From Epiperipatus broadwayi (taxonomy: Eukaryota > Animalia > Onychophora), in contig JAQFVV010000006.1 in NCBI GenBank assembly GCA_028023455.1, positions 14,446,001 to 14,510,000 on the forward strand: a stretch of 64,000 nucleotides of DNA. Direction: 5' to 3'. The notes beneath the pieces were generated by a model. The model was given only the letters and a program-made list of their open reading frames with translations, did not search any database and was not told the origin of the DNA. Made by a program: the position numbers and the translations under genes. The stretch's first letter is position 1. Each line of letters begins with the position of its first letter. Shown here piece by piece: positions 1 to 12,057 of this stretch.

Positions 1-108
1 TATAAGCTTAGAATTTTAAAACCATAAACTATTTCAAGTTAGATTAATACTATTTCCTTTTTAAAAAAAAAAATGAACATACATTTTGTTAAAATGATAA
101 ATAAATAC

Positions 109-191
109 CTTTCATATTCTTCAGCTCCTTCATCAACAGCCGCAAAAAATTCATCCAAGCCGTCTCCGGTGATGGCAGAAACACCCACAGT
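109..191 (-). CDS. GPN1: GPN1 exon 9 (TVGVSAITGDGLDEFFAAVDEGAEEYER); gene continues beyond the window's left end
   Basis: 83 nt; VSA (G5) motif; AG/GT flanks; no stop codon reached. Confidence 0.94.
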
Positions 192-272
192 CTACAAAGC
201 ATGAAGCCAGAGTTATATCATTTGTAATTTATTTAAAACATTTTAAATAAAGGATTAAATAAAAAAAAAAAC

Positions 273-419
273 CTTAAGAGTACTGTAGAATTCATCCAAG
301 ACTAAACTGAGCGAACTGGTCAAATTGGACATGTATGAGGTTTCCTGGCGTAAAACTTCTTGAAAAGCTTCAAAATCCGTCATCCATTCCAAAGCAAAAC
401 CATGGTTCACAATGTCAAT
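273..419 (-). CDS. GPN1: GPN1 exon 8 ([20 protein letters not shown]...[11 protein letters not shown])
   Basis: 147 nt; completes the NKxD (G4) motif; EWMxDFE and LDEFY motifs. Confidence 0.95.
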
Positions 420-1034
420 CTAGTCAAACATTTGAAAATCTTATAATATTATCAAAATGTATAAATACAAAATAAAAAGTCTTAAACAGTCCATTACAAT
501 ATAAAGGGCTTTCCCAGAAATGGCGAAGAAATTTGGGCCTTAATACAGATCTTAAAAATCATGACCCTACGTGATTGTTCTCACTTCATCTTTTCACTAG
601 CTAATTACAAATATAAAAAAATTCAATGGTTTGTTATTCGAGAGATCACGTGGCATTTAAGCACTAGAAGTGATTAGAATTTGTGTTGCGATCTAGGATC
701 TTTTTTCTTGTGTAGCCTTTTGCTCAGTCATTATACTATGGGGCTTTATAAATTTAATATTAAAAATAAACTAATATAAAATATTTGTATTCCTAGAATT
801 AATAATACTGCAAATCTGAATGCTACATTATAATTCGAAAACTTCTATTATATGAACACAATTACAAAGTTGGTCTTTAATCTTTTATAAGAAAATAAAT
901 TACAATACAAACACCCTTAAAAATTCAATAAAAAACCCAAGTTCAAAATACACTTAAACATACTGACTTGTCTATTTACTTTTTCTTAAATTAGTAGCCC
1001 TATTCAATTTGCGATTAATGTTGTAATTAATTTT

Positions 1035-2144
1035 GGTAGTCTTCTCTTAGCATCTTGAAACCGCGAGAGGGCGTAATTTTTATGTAAACAAACACAAATA
1101 TAACATTACTGGGCCTTTTTTTTTTTTTCAACTTTAACATTATCTTTAAAATGGATTAATTATGTTTTTAAATTACATTAGACATTTTAGCGCCTTACGA
1201 CATTTTGCAAACTATTTTTAAATAATTTACGAAACGACATTATTTTGTAAAAAACATTTATTTTTGAAAATACAAGAATTACAATATTTTAAATTACATT
1301 CCACAAGTCAGCACATAGCACTGGAATGTGCATGGGGGGGGGGTTTGCCAGTCTGAAGGATCGGCTAAAAGATGCAGTACTCAATTTACGAAACAACATT
1401 ATTTTCTAAAATACAATAATTACATTTTAAAATTATATTAGACATGTCAGTGCATTGTGCTGGAATGTGCAGGGGGGGGATGACGATGGTTTTGCTGGTC
1501 CGAAGGATCGGCCAAAAGATGCAGTACTCTGAATCAAACCAAGATTATGATTTGCAAAACAACGTGCAATCTCAAACATTTTATTTGTCTCGTATCTGTT
1601 CTTAATCTGACCAAAAGGATGCAGTATGATCAAACCAAGCTTACGACTTCCAAAACAACATGCAACCTCTGCCATTTCATTTGACTCGTAGCTGTTCTCA
1701 CGCAAACGTGTCTTTTCACGTGAATTGTGTGAAATGATGCTTGGCATGACCTTTTGCAATTGGTTTTCGCATTCCGTGATGTGTGGGGATGGGCTTTCAA
1801 TTATTACTATGTAATGTTATGTCAGTTTGGGTGTAAGATCAACTATTACGAAAACATATTATAACAGTTCTGGCCAGTTGAATTCCAAACACCCTCACGA
1901 TATATGGTAGCGATCTGTTAAGTGTGTGCATTTGCATAGTGTCGCGAAGCAAATCAGCGGGCTGTAATATTGGTGTGCAATGCCAACTAAGCCTGCAACG
2001 GCTAATATCAACAGAACTGTTCTATAGGTCGTAAATTTCTATGCAAATGCACAGAAATACTGGACCGTGTAAACAGCATATTTCTGTGCGTTTGCATAGA
2101 AAGTACGCCCTCTCGCGGTTTCAATATGCTATGAGAAGACTACC
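1035..2144. mobile_element. Non-autonomous TIR DNA transposon (Merlin-like)
   Basis: ~50-bp TIRs starting GGTAGTCTTCTC...GAAACCGCGAGAGGGCGTA; exact 8-bp TSD TTAATTTT at 1027-1034 and 2145-2152; internal duplication ~1210-1385/1385-1520. Superfamily assignment is tentative. Confidence 0.8.
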
Positions 2145-3264
2145 TTAATTTTTTACAAAGACTTTATCCAAATACTAAATAAAAGGACATGAGGGAATCA
2201 TGGAAGGGGCACCAAAACAAGTTTTTCAAAGTCTTTTAGGTTTTTAGTATAGATAACATTCAACTAAGCGGAAAGAAATCACTGTACAAGCAGTCATATA
2301 TTTTAATCGAAGTAAAAAAGAAAGGCAATAATTCAGTAAAAGAAAATTTCTTTAACTACTGTTGTATAAAAATATTGTACTGATGTAAAAATAAATATAT
2401 ACAGTATTTTAAAATTTTATATTGTTATTAATAAAATTAATTTATATAGTAGCCAAAATTAAATTGCAAATCCAATACCAAGGCAAACTTTTCAAATGCA
2501 AAAAAAAACAAATATATAGTATCATATTTTTCCATCATTCCAACTCGTATTGCAATTATCTTTAATATCAACAAGGCTTTTAAATAAATTAATAGCTTCA
2601 GAATCATAAATCATTATTTAAAAGAGATTTGTAAATTTCTTTTTTTTTTTTTCCAAAAAAGACAACCTCAAACACAATCTTATAGTCTGAATTTCGCAAA
2701 TACGTGAATGCAAAAATATTTATTCTTGGCTTTTATAAATTTTCGCCCTATCTTTTGACTATCACGGTAGCCATATTAGATTTTTGGAGAATTGGTTTAA
2801 GACAAATTTTATGATAACCTCAGTTTCTATTACCAAAGTATATAATAAACCAGAAAAAATATTCATTATATATTCACAACAATAATAAAAGATTTTAACA
2901 CTTTTAAAAATTATTTTTATTAATAAACAGGTTCGTATATTCCTTATTTCAAAACATCAAAAACATAAAGATACTGATATTTTTTGTTTTTCTTACAAAT
3001 CTCACCCCCCCCCCCCTTTGTAGATGTTGGTATATAATAAATGAGAAAATGACAAATAAATAAGTTAGTTTAAATAATTTTTCCAGCTGTTAAGATTGGT
3101 ACAATACATGTCTAGTTAAACAGAAAAAAAAGGTTGACATTCGGTGCAATATACAATAATAATAATAATAATATTTAATACAAGTATAGTATATATACTT
3201 AAACTAGATGTAATTAAGAGAGATTTGAATTCAGACTTTCTAGCTACCTTGAAGCATTCACTCT

Positions 3265-3470
3265 ATCCAATACAACCAATACATATGACCACATACATGT
3301 GAAAAAGATAAATGATCTCAAAATATACGTATTTTGTGCTGAACGAGTACTCATCAGTTGGATTGGATGAGTTTTGGTTCAGCATGAAGATCATTTATCT
3401 TTTTTCACATGTATGTGGTCATGTGTATCGATTGTATTGGACAGAAAGAATGACTGAAAGGAACTAGAAA
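3265..3470. repeat. Foldback repeat (family C) with a degenerate hammerhead motif on the minus strand at 3319-3361
   Basis: Arms ACCACATACATGTGAAAAAGATAAATGATCT and its inverse; relatives at ~22145, ~38640-38740, ~47715-47780. Confidence 0.65.
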
Positions 3471-4740
3471 TAATAATGATGTTTTTGTTATCTATCTCAC
3501 TTTTTATCTTGTGGAAAAAATTTCAATGATAGGTAGAATCCATCTAAAATATAAAATCTAAGTGATCGCTACAAAATGATTGCTTATAAATAATTGTCAC
3601 AGCAACCACACAGCAAAAAAAAATAAAGATATAAATAAAAAATGTAGCTATATCTTATTGATTAGAAGTATTCGTGATTCATTCTCTTCTGATTATGGTA
3701 AATTAACCATTGAGAACATTAATAAAACTTGTTCAAATCTGATCAGAAAAAAAAAAAAGACCGTGTCTAAAAACAATCGCTATTCTTATGGATAAAGATG
3801 GCTTTTCTATTTCTTTTTTAGGAACGATAACTGCTATTTTTGAAAATTCACTAGCAGAAAATTACAAAAAGCTTAGTCTCCAAAGGCCCATATGAGGAAA
3901 TCACTAACAATACTTGAATCAGTTAAATCTATTATTCTCCGCTGTAAATTTCTCAGTAAATACTAAATAGTAATAATGAAAATGAGGAAAAATTAAAATG
4001 CGCTAATTAGAAAATCATCATAAATCATTAATTTTTATCGTAGAAAAATGAAGCTTGGCTTTTCTGAAAGTAGAATAAAAGATTAATTAAATGACGGAAC
4101 TTGCGTACACATAGGGTGTACATTTTTAATGCTATTTTAAGTTGAAGCTGATGTAGGCTTATATATTTTTCCAAAAAACAAAGAATAATGGAAACAACTC
4201 CAGAAATGGCATTCTTATCAATTACTTGTTTTTGTAAGAAATTATATATACATAAGTCAAAGTAGTTTGAGTTTAAATGAAAGAGTAAAAAATTCATAAA
4301 AGGAGAGTAAAAAATAATCTTAGTCCTGCATTGCATATTCATGGAAGAAATATAGTCCATAATATTATGTTTGAGTAGGCTAAGATTATTTTGAAAAGAA
4401 TGAAACGAGAAAAAAAATCGCTTAAAAAAAAAATTATGATTCTGAAGTTATTAACTTGTTTAAAAGTTCTTTTAATATTAAAGGTAATTGGAATGGGAGT
4501 TGGAATTACGGGAAGATAGGATGGTATATTATGTTGTTATTTTGCACTTGAGAAATATGCTTTGGCGAGAAACTATTTTGATTAGTAATTTAATTGTAAA
4601 ATGCTGTACTTGGTTTGTTACATTGAAAAGTTTAGCGTTTGACATTTGATATACATATATATAAAACTATAGATAATAAAATTAATATTTATTTAAATTT
4701 TCATTAAATCTCGACTTTTAACTTCTTTCAACAATCTATG

Positions 4741-4963
4741 TAATTCTTAAACACTCGTTGACTTCAAGTATTGTCGAAAAAGCAAACAATAAATATAAAC
4801 TAATTAATAGCACTGAGCTAGCTTTCGGCAAAACACTGCCATCATCAAGCTAAACAAAGAAATATAAACTAAGTAACAGCACTGATCTAGTTTTCAGAAA
4901 AACACTGCCAGAATCAATGCTACCTTTTCGACCATACTCAAAATCAACGAGTGTTAAGAATTA
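4741..4963. mobile_element. MITE-like element
   Basis: TAATTCTTAAACACTCGTTGA inverted to TCAACGAGTGTTAAGAATTA; internal direct repeat AAACACTGCC. Confidence 0.6.
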
Positions 4964-5864
4964 AATTTTCATTATAACAGGGATTTATAATTGGGGGGGG
5001 GGGGGTAAAAGATCTATTGTTGAATTCCAACAAAAAAAATCATACACAAATAAGTCCTGCAGCCAAAAATTTTGGACAACAATCTACTGAAAATTATATA
5101 AATATAAAATTTAACGTGAGGTAATGCTTGTTGAGCCTTTACACATGAATACGTCATCTATTCATTAGTTATTTAATAAAAGAATATACAAATTATTAAG
5201 ATAAAGACTAACTTGTTTTAAAACTGATTATTTATTAGATTAAATGGTTTCAATATACATACACACTACAGGCTTTGTAATGTAGTAATTATCACAACTG
5301 TTTGCCGTACTCGTGACTTGGGTTTGAATCCAAGGGAAATTTGAGAATTTTTTCAGCCAGATAAGGATTTACAAACTTATGATTTTTCTTTCAGAGAAGC
5401 AGTCTGTAACCGACACAGCTAATCATCTAGGCAGATATTAAAACCCAATAAAGCTCACAATAATTGACTAACTAGATGAATAGTTGTTTTTTTTTTTAGC
5501 ACTATGATGAGATTCAGAAAGATCTCTGTCCTGAAATGAGCTATTTAATTAAGGAAGTTTTAACGTTTATTTGTAAATAGCTGTCTGTATATAAATTTGG
5601 ATCTGTTTTTGGATGGGTGCAAACTATTTAACTGACATGTAATTCTGATTCACTTTACAGTAATATCATAGACAATTAAATAAAAATTCCATCATAATTC
5701 CTTTAAGAAAAGAGTAATTCTCCTAAAATTAATATAGCAGTATGATATTTAACAATTTGTATAAGGTTGCAAATACGATTGTAATTAGTTTTGCTTTCAT
5801 GGTGTTTAATGTAGTATTATAAATTTAAACACATTAGACATATGTGATATATAATGAGCGTGCC

Positions 5865-6112
5865 ATATCCTTATCCTCAGATTGGTTTCTAGCTCTGGCT
5901 TTTGTCAGCAAGACACTAAGATATTCAAGCATTAGATTTAAAATACCAGGTCAAGTCCACCATTTTATCTAATGATTAACTATTAAATAGAAAATAGTTA
6001 ATCATTAGATAAAGTGCTGGGCTTCACCTGGTATTTTAAATCTAATGCTTGAATATCCTAGTGCCTCACTGATAAAAGCCAGGGCCAGAAACTGGTCTGA
6101 GGATAGAGATAT
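5865..6112. repeat. Foldback element (family B) with a degenerate HHR in each arm
   Basis: ~110-bp arms; plus arm GCCTCA-CTGATAA-...-GAA-ACTGGT-C-TGAGGA at 6063-6103; related copy ~41980-42095. Confidence 0.75.
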
Positions 6113-6934
6113 TCTGAAAAGCTTATTAAGAGCTATTGGCACAAAATTTAGTTACTATTTTTGATGTGATCTCAACTGGTCTCCTGAGCAGCTGATGGTA
6201 TCAGGATTGATTCACAGAAACACATTCTCCATAAGAGATTGATTTTTCAGCAATCATTACCCTATATAAGACCATAAGTTTCTATATATTTCTATAGAGA
6301 AAATAAATTACATACCTATACAATCAAACACATCAATTTGCAGCATTTACTGATTTGAATCTGATATTGATTTAATCGATCAATGAAACAGATATTAGAT
6401 CAACCTCTCCTATACATGCATTTCATAGACAATCTTCGATTAATAGGTGACCTTGCCTTAAAAAAAAATTACAAGGTTTGTATTAAGAGCAGTGATTATC
6501 TATATCATTCCACTGTAGAACCAGTCCACAAATGTGTTACAATAGAATCATATTAATGCAAATATACTTTCCAGAAATTTTGGTTACCTAAACTTATTCA
6601 TAACATATAAAATTATATCTAAATAAAAACTCATAATTTGTATGTCTGCCTTTGAAATTTTACACAAGAAATTTTTTTTTTTTTTTTAAATCTTGGTAGA
6701 AAACAAATTTGCTATCACCCATATTTAAATGCTGTGTTCATATGCTTGAAATGAGTAAGGTGTTCATTTGAGAAAAATAAACAAAGCAACTAAAAACAAT
6801 GGCTAAATTTCCGTTAGTCAAAATCTATCTCTTGCATTAATTTTTAAGGTTCATAATGACAATTTTATAATAATTTATTCTAATATAGATATAAATGTAT
6901 ATTTATCATGTATACTATATATTAAAAAAATTAC

Positions 6935-7075
6935 CTTATTCATAACCACAACATATGGAAGCTTATATTTATACAAAATACTGCAAGCGTATAACATATT
7001 TGACATAAATGTTACTGGATTTGTACTCCGAGATGTGTCCATAACGTACACAATTACAGTTGGGAATGTTGAAGC
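6935..7075 (-). CDS. GPN1: GPN1 exon 7 ([47 protein letters not shown])
   Basis: 141 nt, in frame, AG/GT flanks, [10 protein letters not shown] motif. Confidence 0.96.
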
Positions 7076-7847
7076 CTGAAAACAATATATAAATACATAA
7101 ACTATTTTAAAATGAAAGATTTAAAGGACTGTAACTATAAATACCATACTATCTGGATTCATAGTACTATCACACTGACATTTTGGCCGAGTTGCATCGG
7201 TCATCAATTGGGTAATGAAGGTTATTATAAAAACTGTTGCAATCCTGTCATACATCAATGCTAATAATGTTTGTATAAGAGTTTCATAATTACATTCATT
7301 ATCCAGTTGATGGCCAAGCGAACCAAGTGAAACATCGGTACGATAGTACTGAATCATGCATGGATGAAATCCGAACAATATATCATAAATGTATAGCTAT
7401 ATAATGAGCATTATGATACAATAGTAGAGCATTCACCTGCCATTCCTATGAGAGGGGATTCAAATGATGGTCGAGTAAACTATTTTTCCCACCAATTTGG
7501 GATTTTTGTTTTAAGTCATTGGCTTATAGACAATGTATGCGAATAGCCATCTAACATGGGTCAGTAAATGGATATCTAGGTATTCTTATCTATAGAATAA
7601 AACAAAAGTGAAAAAACACCCAAACTACCATCACCTGGAAAGTGGCAAGTCTGATGAATATTGTTTTCTCTTTTAATAGACCCCCATAGGGGGCACTGGA
7701 AAAAGTTTTGCCTGGCAGAGGGCTAGTTTACCATTTCTATATTTGTAAATTAATAAAAACAAACAAAAAATATTACAAAAATAAACTTTACTATAATAAA
7801 TATCCTGTTATTTATAAAGTGCAGAGTACGTATATAATATTACTATA

Positions 7848-8070
7848 AAGGAACAAACCTCCGATCATGTACTAGAGCCTATCTATATATAAGCCAACCT
7901 TTGCTCACCGTGCTGAAATCAGGCTTCACCTCAGGCACACAATAGATTGCAGTCCTAATTTGGGCATAGTGAGCAAAGGTGGCCTTATGCACAGATAGGC
8001 TCTAAGCATAAATGTACATTTATGCTTTTCAAACCGACACTCAAGCGTATGACCGGAGGTTTGTTCCTTC
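7848..8070. mobile_element. Foldback MITE
   Basis: GGAACAAACCTCCG inverted to CGGAGGTTTGTTCC; nested hairpin AGAGCCTATCT/AGATAGGCTCT and CCTTTGCTCAC/GTGAGCAAAGG. Confidence 0.65.
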
Positions 8071-8552
8071 TTTATAAAAAATAAACTTCAAAAATATATT
8101 GTCTACAAATAAATGGTATTCCATAACAGCAATTTAAATTTAAGTAACAAAATCCAAATTTTCAGAATTTATTTGATTAAAAAAAAGTTTTGGGGGAGAG
8201 AAAGGGGCTACGAAGATAAGTCATGATTATCTGTAAATTAGATTAGCACCATTAAATGAATATTCACATTCTGTAACCAAATAAGTGACATTTCTAATGA
8301 ATAACTTGCCACCTATTTAGTGTTTTTGCTTAATGATCCAATCATTGTTATAGCGAATGACTCTAACTACCCTGATGAGCAGTCATCTATTTATTTTATT
8401 TTGTTTTTCAAAGCCCTGTATTTTTTTCCAAGTTATGGATTACCTGATAATAAGTCTGAAATAAGACAAATGTAATCTTGAAAATCATTTATATTTGAAA
8501 TAAAAGGTTTAATTTGATCTTGTATTTCCTTGTTTACTTTCCTTATTATCAT

Positions 8553-8883
8553 ACCATTTACAACTTTTTTAAACACTAAACACTTTATCAATACTCTGTA
8601 TTTATATCAAAACTAACAGTTTCGACTGTCCTGCAGTCATCATCAGAGCTACAATACTCAAATATATAATTATATAATTAATACAATTACACACATATTC
8701 ATATACATACACAAAATAAACAAAAATAAGTAATTATGTATATGAATATGTGTATAAGTATTAATTATGTAATTATATATTTGAATATTGTAGCGCTGAT
8801 GATGATTGCAGGACAGTCGAAACTGTTAGTTTGATATAAATAAAGAGTATTGATAAAGTGATTAAGAAAGTTGTAAATGGTAT
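8553..8883. repeat. Foldback of two Penelope-type pLTR ends, each with a minimal HHR motif
   Basis: Minus 8605-8656 and plus 8786-8836: CTGATGA-T-GA(C/T)TG-CAGGA-CAGTC-GAA-ACTGT-T. Confidence 0.75.
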
Positions 8884-9589
8884 ATGTTAAAGTAGAAATC
8901 AATACAAGAAAAGGAAGAAGAAAAAGAAAATTATCTTACTTTCCTTATTGTCACAACTTTTTAAAATTTTTTTACTTATTCGATAGCTGAAATTTTTATC
9001 AACATTTTCAGCCTGATTCCTTAATGTCTAACCTTCATATCAATAAATTACAACTATCAGTATATATATATTTCATTTATTTAAAAATAAGCGCAGCTTT
9101 TATTTTAAGAAATTTAATACTCTTATATAATATTAAAGGTATCAAGTTATAACAAATATTTAGAAATGTATGAACTGTGAACACACATTCGCTAAAAAAA
9201 ATACCCATAACATTCTATTATCCTTTTTGCATGTAAAATAATCATAAGTGGATATTTTATGTATTCTTATAGTGTCATTTTTACAATTATAATTGATGTT
9301 TTGGGCAAACCTTGTCAGCTATTGCCAAAATTATTATTTACAAATATAACACTTTTAAATGCTTTATCTCCGAAACTGTAATATAAGCAAAAGATACAAA
9401 CAACACATTGAGAGCAAAGCTTTATTAGTGCGGACAATTATGTAGTGCTGAGGATGCTTTTGCCTAGATTCAGTTGTAGACATAGTAATGAATGTAGTAA
9501 CAGAAGTGGTAGGATCTATTAAGTAGTCCGAGATAATTTGCATATTGTTTGCATTGTAAATTAAATGGTTAAAGTGGGCCAATTCTTGG

Positions 9590-10340
9590 AAAGGGGAATG
9601 CAGGATTCTTTTCAATTGATAGCAGGTTTATCCCCAGAGATGTGCCAAGTCTCCTTGATTTTACGCTTGGCATCATTGCACTTGGTGCAGACTATGCTAA
9701 ATGATGTAGGTTTGAAATTATAACTGAATTTAGAGAAATCGTCAAAAAAGACGGACTTTGCATCAGTATGTGTTTTAACTTGGTTGTAAAGATATTTATG
9801 TTGAGCTAAGAAGGGGGATAAGTTGGCTCAGGACTCACCGTAATAAACAGAATGGCAAAAAGTATTTTGACATTTAATTTTGTACCCAATCTGAGAGTAA
9901 AGATCATGAGATAGCTTATCTTTTGAGTTATTGATTAAATGGTGCAGTGAGGAAGAGGTGTGGTGAGAAATTTAATGGATGGAGGAAACTGTTTTATTAA
10001 TTAGATGGATTTGGGGTAAGTAGGGAAGAAATATCCAAGGTTTGCCGTTGGTTTGTGGAGGGGAGTGTCGTAGTTTATAATAAAAAAAATTTAACGATCT
10101 GAATAAGCAATGAATCATTGGATTCAATACCGGACAGCTCTGATATATATGTATCAATGTTATTTTTTTTTGGTCAGACTCCAATTTATAGAGGTGGAGG
10201 TTTCTGTGTAGCTTCGAGCTCCGCGAATTTGTGCAACATTGGTATAAGCGACTTTGGGTGTATAAAACCACATACATGAAGAGGTTTAACAAGCATTTTA
10301 TAGTTAAGTACATCTGGATCAAGTTAAATGTATGAATCAA
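9590..10340 (-). mobile_element. Penelope-like element remnant (RT C-terminal region and GIY-YIG endonuclease), disrupted
   Basis: WIFLPYLP, LINNSKDK, YGES.ANLS..LAQHKYLYN, then IVCT..NDA..KIKETWHI across frameshifts; similar to ORF 14379-14819. Confidence 0.75.
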
Positions 10341-10525
10341 GAAATTTTATGCCATTAAAACTATCTTCATTTCTCTTTAATTCATTTTAAAGAGGTTGCA
10401 AGTGCTAAGTCCTACTAGATCTGGTTAAAAATTCAAACTATTATAGGACAAATCCTGCCAATTTTTTATTTTTTATATCAATCTTTTAATTTATTAAACC
10501 ACTAAACATCATATGATCAACATTC

Positions 10526-11460
10526 TTTATGCTTACACAAGCTGTTTGCACAAAGGCAAAACTCTTCAACAGTAGCACCACTCAGTCAGAGTAATCAATG
10601 AATGCAAAAAGGTTTGTGCATAAAATCCCTATCTAATGCATGCTCATCCAATATCCCCAGACTAGTTTCTAGCTTATGGCTTTCACCAGTGAGGAGCCTT
10701 GGATCTGAGAGCAAGGCTCTTAGATCTTAGGATCTAATGCAACCCTCCAGCAGCCATCTCTTATCTTGTTAGCTAACTATAAAGCTTTGAGTCCAAAATG
10801 AAAACACAATAACGTTTTCAATTCAAGCTCATTAGTTTGTAGTTGTATAGATCTGAACTTAGTTCAGCATCCATATTTTTTACTTGTCTTTGTTTCATTA
10901 ATAACCACATTCACCATAACCCTATAAATCTTTCTGTATCCATTGATTACTCTGGCTTGCACTGAGTGGCACTACTGTATGGAGAGTTTTGCCTCTGTGT
11001 AAACAGCTTGTCTAAGCAAAAAGAATAGTGATTGTGATGTTTAGTGGGTTAATACAAATCCTGCCCAATAGGATTATGGTGACTGTGCTTATTAAAGAAC
11101 CAAAGACGCCAAAAAATATGGCTGCTGAACTGAGTTCAGATCTATACAACTATACAAGCTAATGAGCTTGAATTGAAAACATTATTGTTTTCATTTTGAG
11201 CTCAAAGCTTTATAGTTAGCAAATAGGTAAACGGTGGCTGCTGGAGGGTTGCATTGGATCCTAAGATCTAGGTGCAGTGCTCTCAGATCCAAGGCTCCTC
11301 ACTGATGAAAGCCACAAGCTAGAAACTAGTCTGGGGATATTGGATGAGTAGGCACTAGATAGGGATTTTATGCACAAGCCTTCTTGCATCCATTGATTAC
11401 TCTGGCTTGCACTGAGTGGCACTACCATATGGAAAATTTTGTCTCTGTGTTTTTAATATA
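10526..11460. mobile_element. HHR repeat family A: inverted ~400-bp copy (10526-10930) abutting a direct copy of slightly more than one monomer (10938-11460)
   Basis: ATCCATTGATTACTCTGG recurs at 10938 and 11388 (450-bp period); HHR motifs at 10654-10695 (-) and 11296-11337 (+). Confidence 0.85.
11296..11337 (+). ncRNA. Minimal type I hammerhead ribozyme motif with intact core
   Basis: TCCTCA-CTGATGA-AAGC-CACAA-GCTA-GAA-ACTAGT-C-TGGGGA: 6-bp stem I, CUGAUGA/GAAA core, palindromic stem III, GUC site (predicted cut after 11331); A.A mismatch at the base of stem II. Confidence 0.75.
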
Positions 11461-11704
11461 TTCTTAACTTCTCTCAATTAAATGGTTAAAATGTCCAGAT
11501 CTCTAAGTTTTCCCCGCATTATATAATTATTATTACTATCATAATTCCTACTATTTCATATTATCAATAAACTTACTATTATTACATTTACATTCATTAA
11601 AATTATTAGTAGTATACTTTCTGTATTCTTTTTCTTTATAAACAAATTGAGTTTTTTTATTGCTTTCTACTTAATTTTGCAAAAATTTTTTTTTTTTCTC
11701 ATGT

Positions 11705-11790
11705 GTCATAGCATCAGCCGGGAAGCGAACCCACTAACTCGGGACAACTGCTTGTAAAGCAGCTGTCGCTGACCTCTCGACCACCAATGC
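11705..11790 (-). mobile_element. tRNA-derived SINE head
   Basis: A-box-like TGGTCGAGAGG, B-box-like GGTTCGCTTCCC; homologous to 28522-28610. Confidence 0.6.
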
Positions 11791-12057
11791 TTGATTCACA
11801 CATATTGCTATATATATATAACTTTTACTATATACTTTTTTTTTATGTTTTTATTTAGTTAGTAGGATTTGTTTTGTAATGCCTTGACTATTTAAATAAT
11901 AAATAAGTTATTTCTGAAAATAGCTAACAAGCTTAGACCGAATCAATTATAATTACAAAAATAAAATATTTCGAATAAAAAGGAAAAATATTCTTTACAG
12001 TTTATAAATAATTAGAAATGTAATAGCAAGCAACTAATAGTAAGATTTGCTAATATC

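Noticed and set aside
8365-8395. HHR at CTGATGAGCAGTC
   Set aside because: No downstream GAAA or stem II/III
11705-11790. Functional tRNA genes (also 28522 and 53661)
   Set aside because: A/B boxes are present but there is no clean cloverleaf or acceptor stem; these are SINE-like heads
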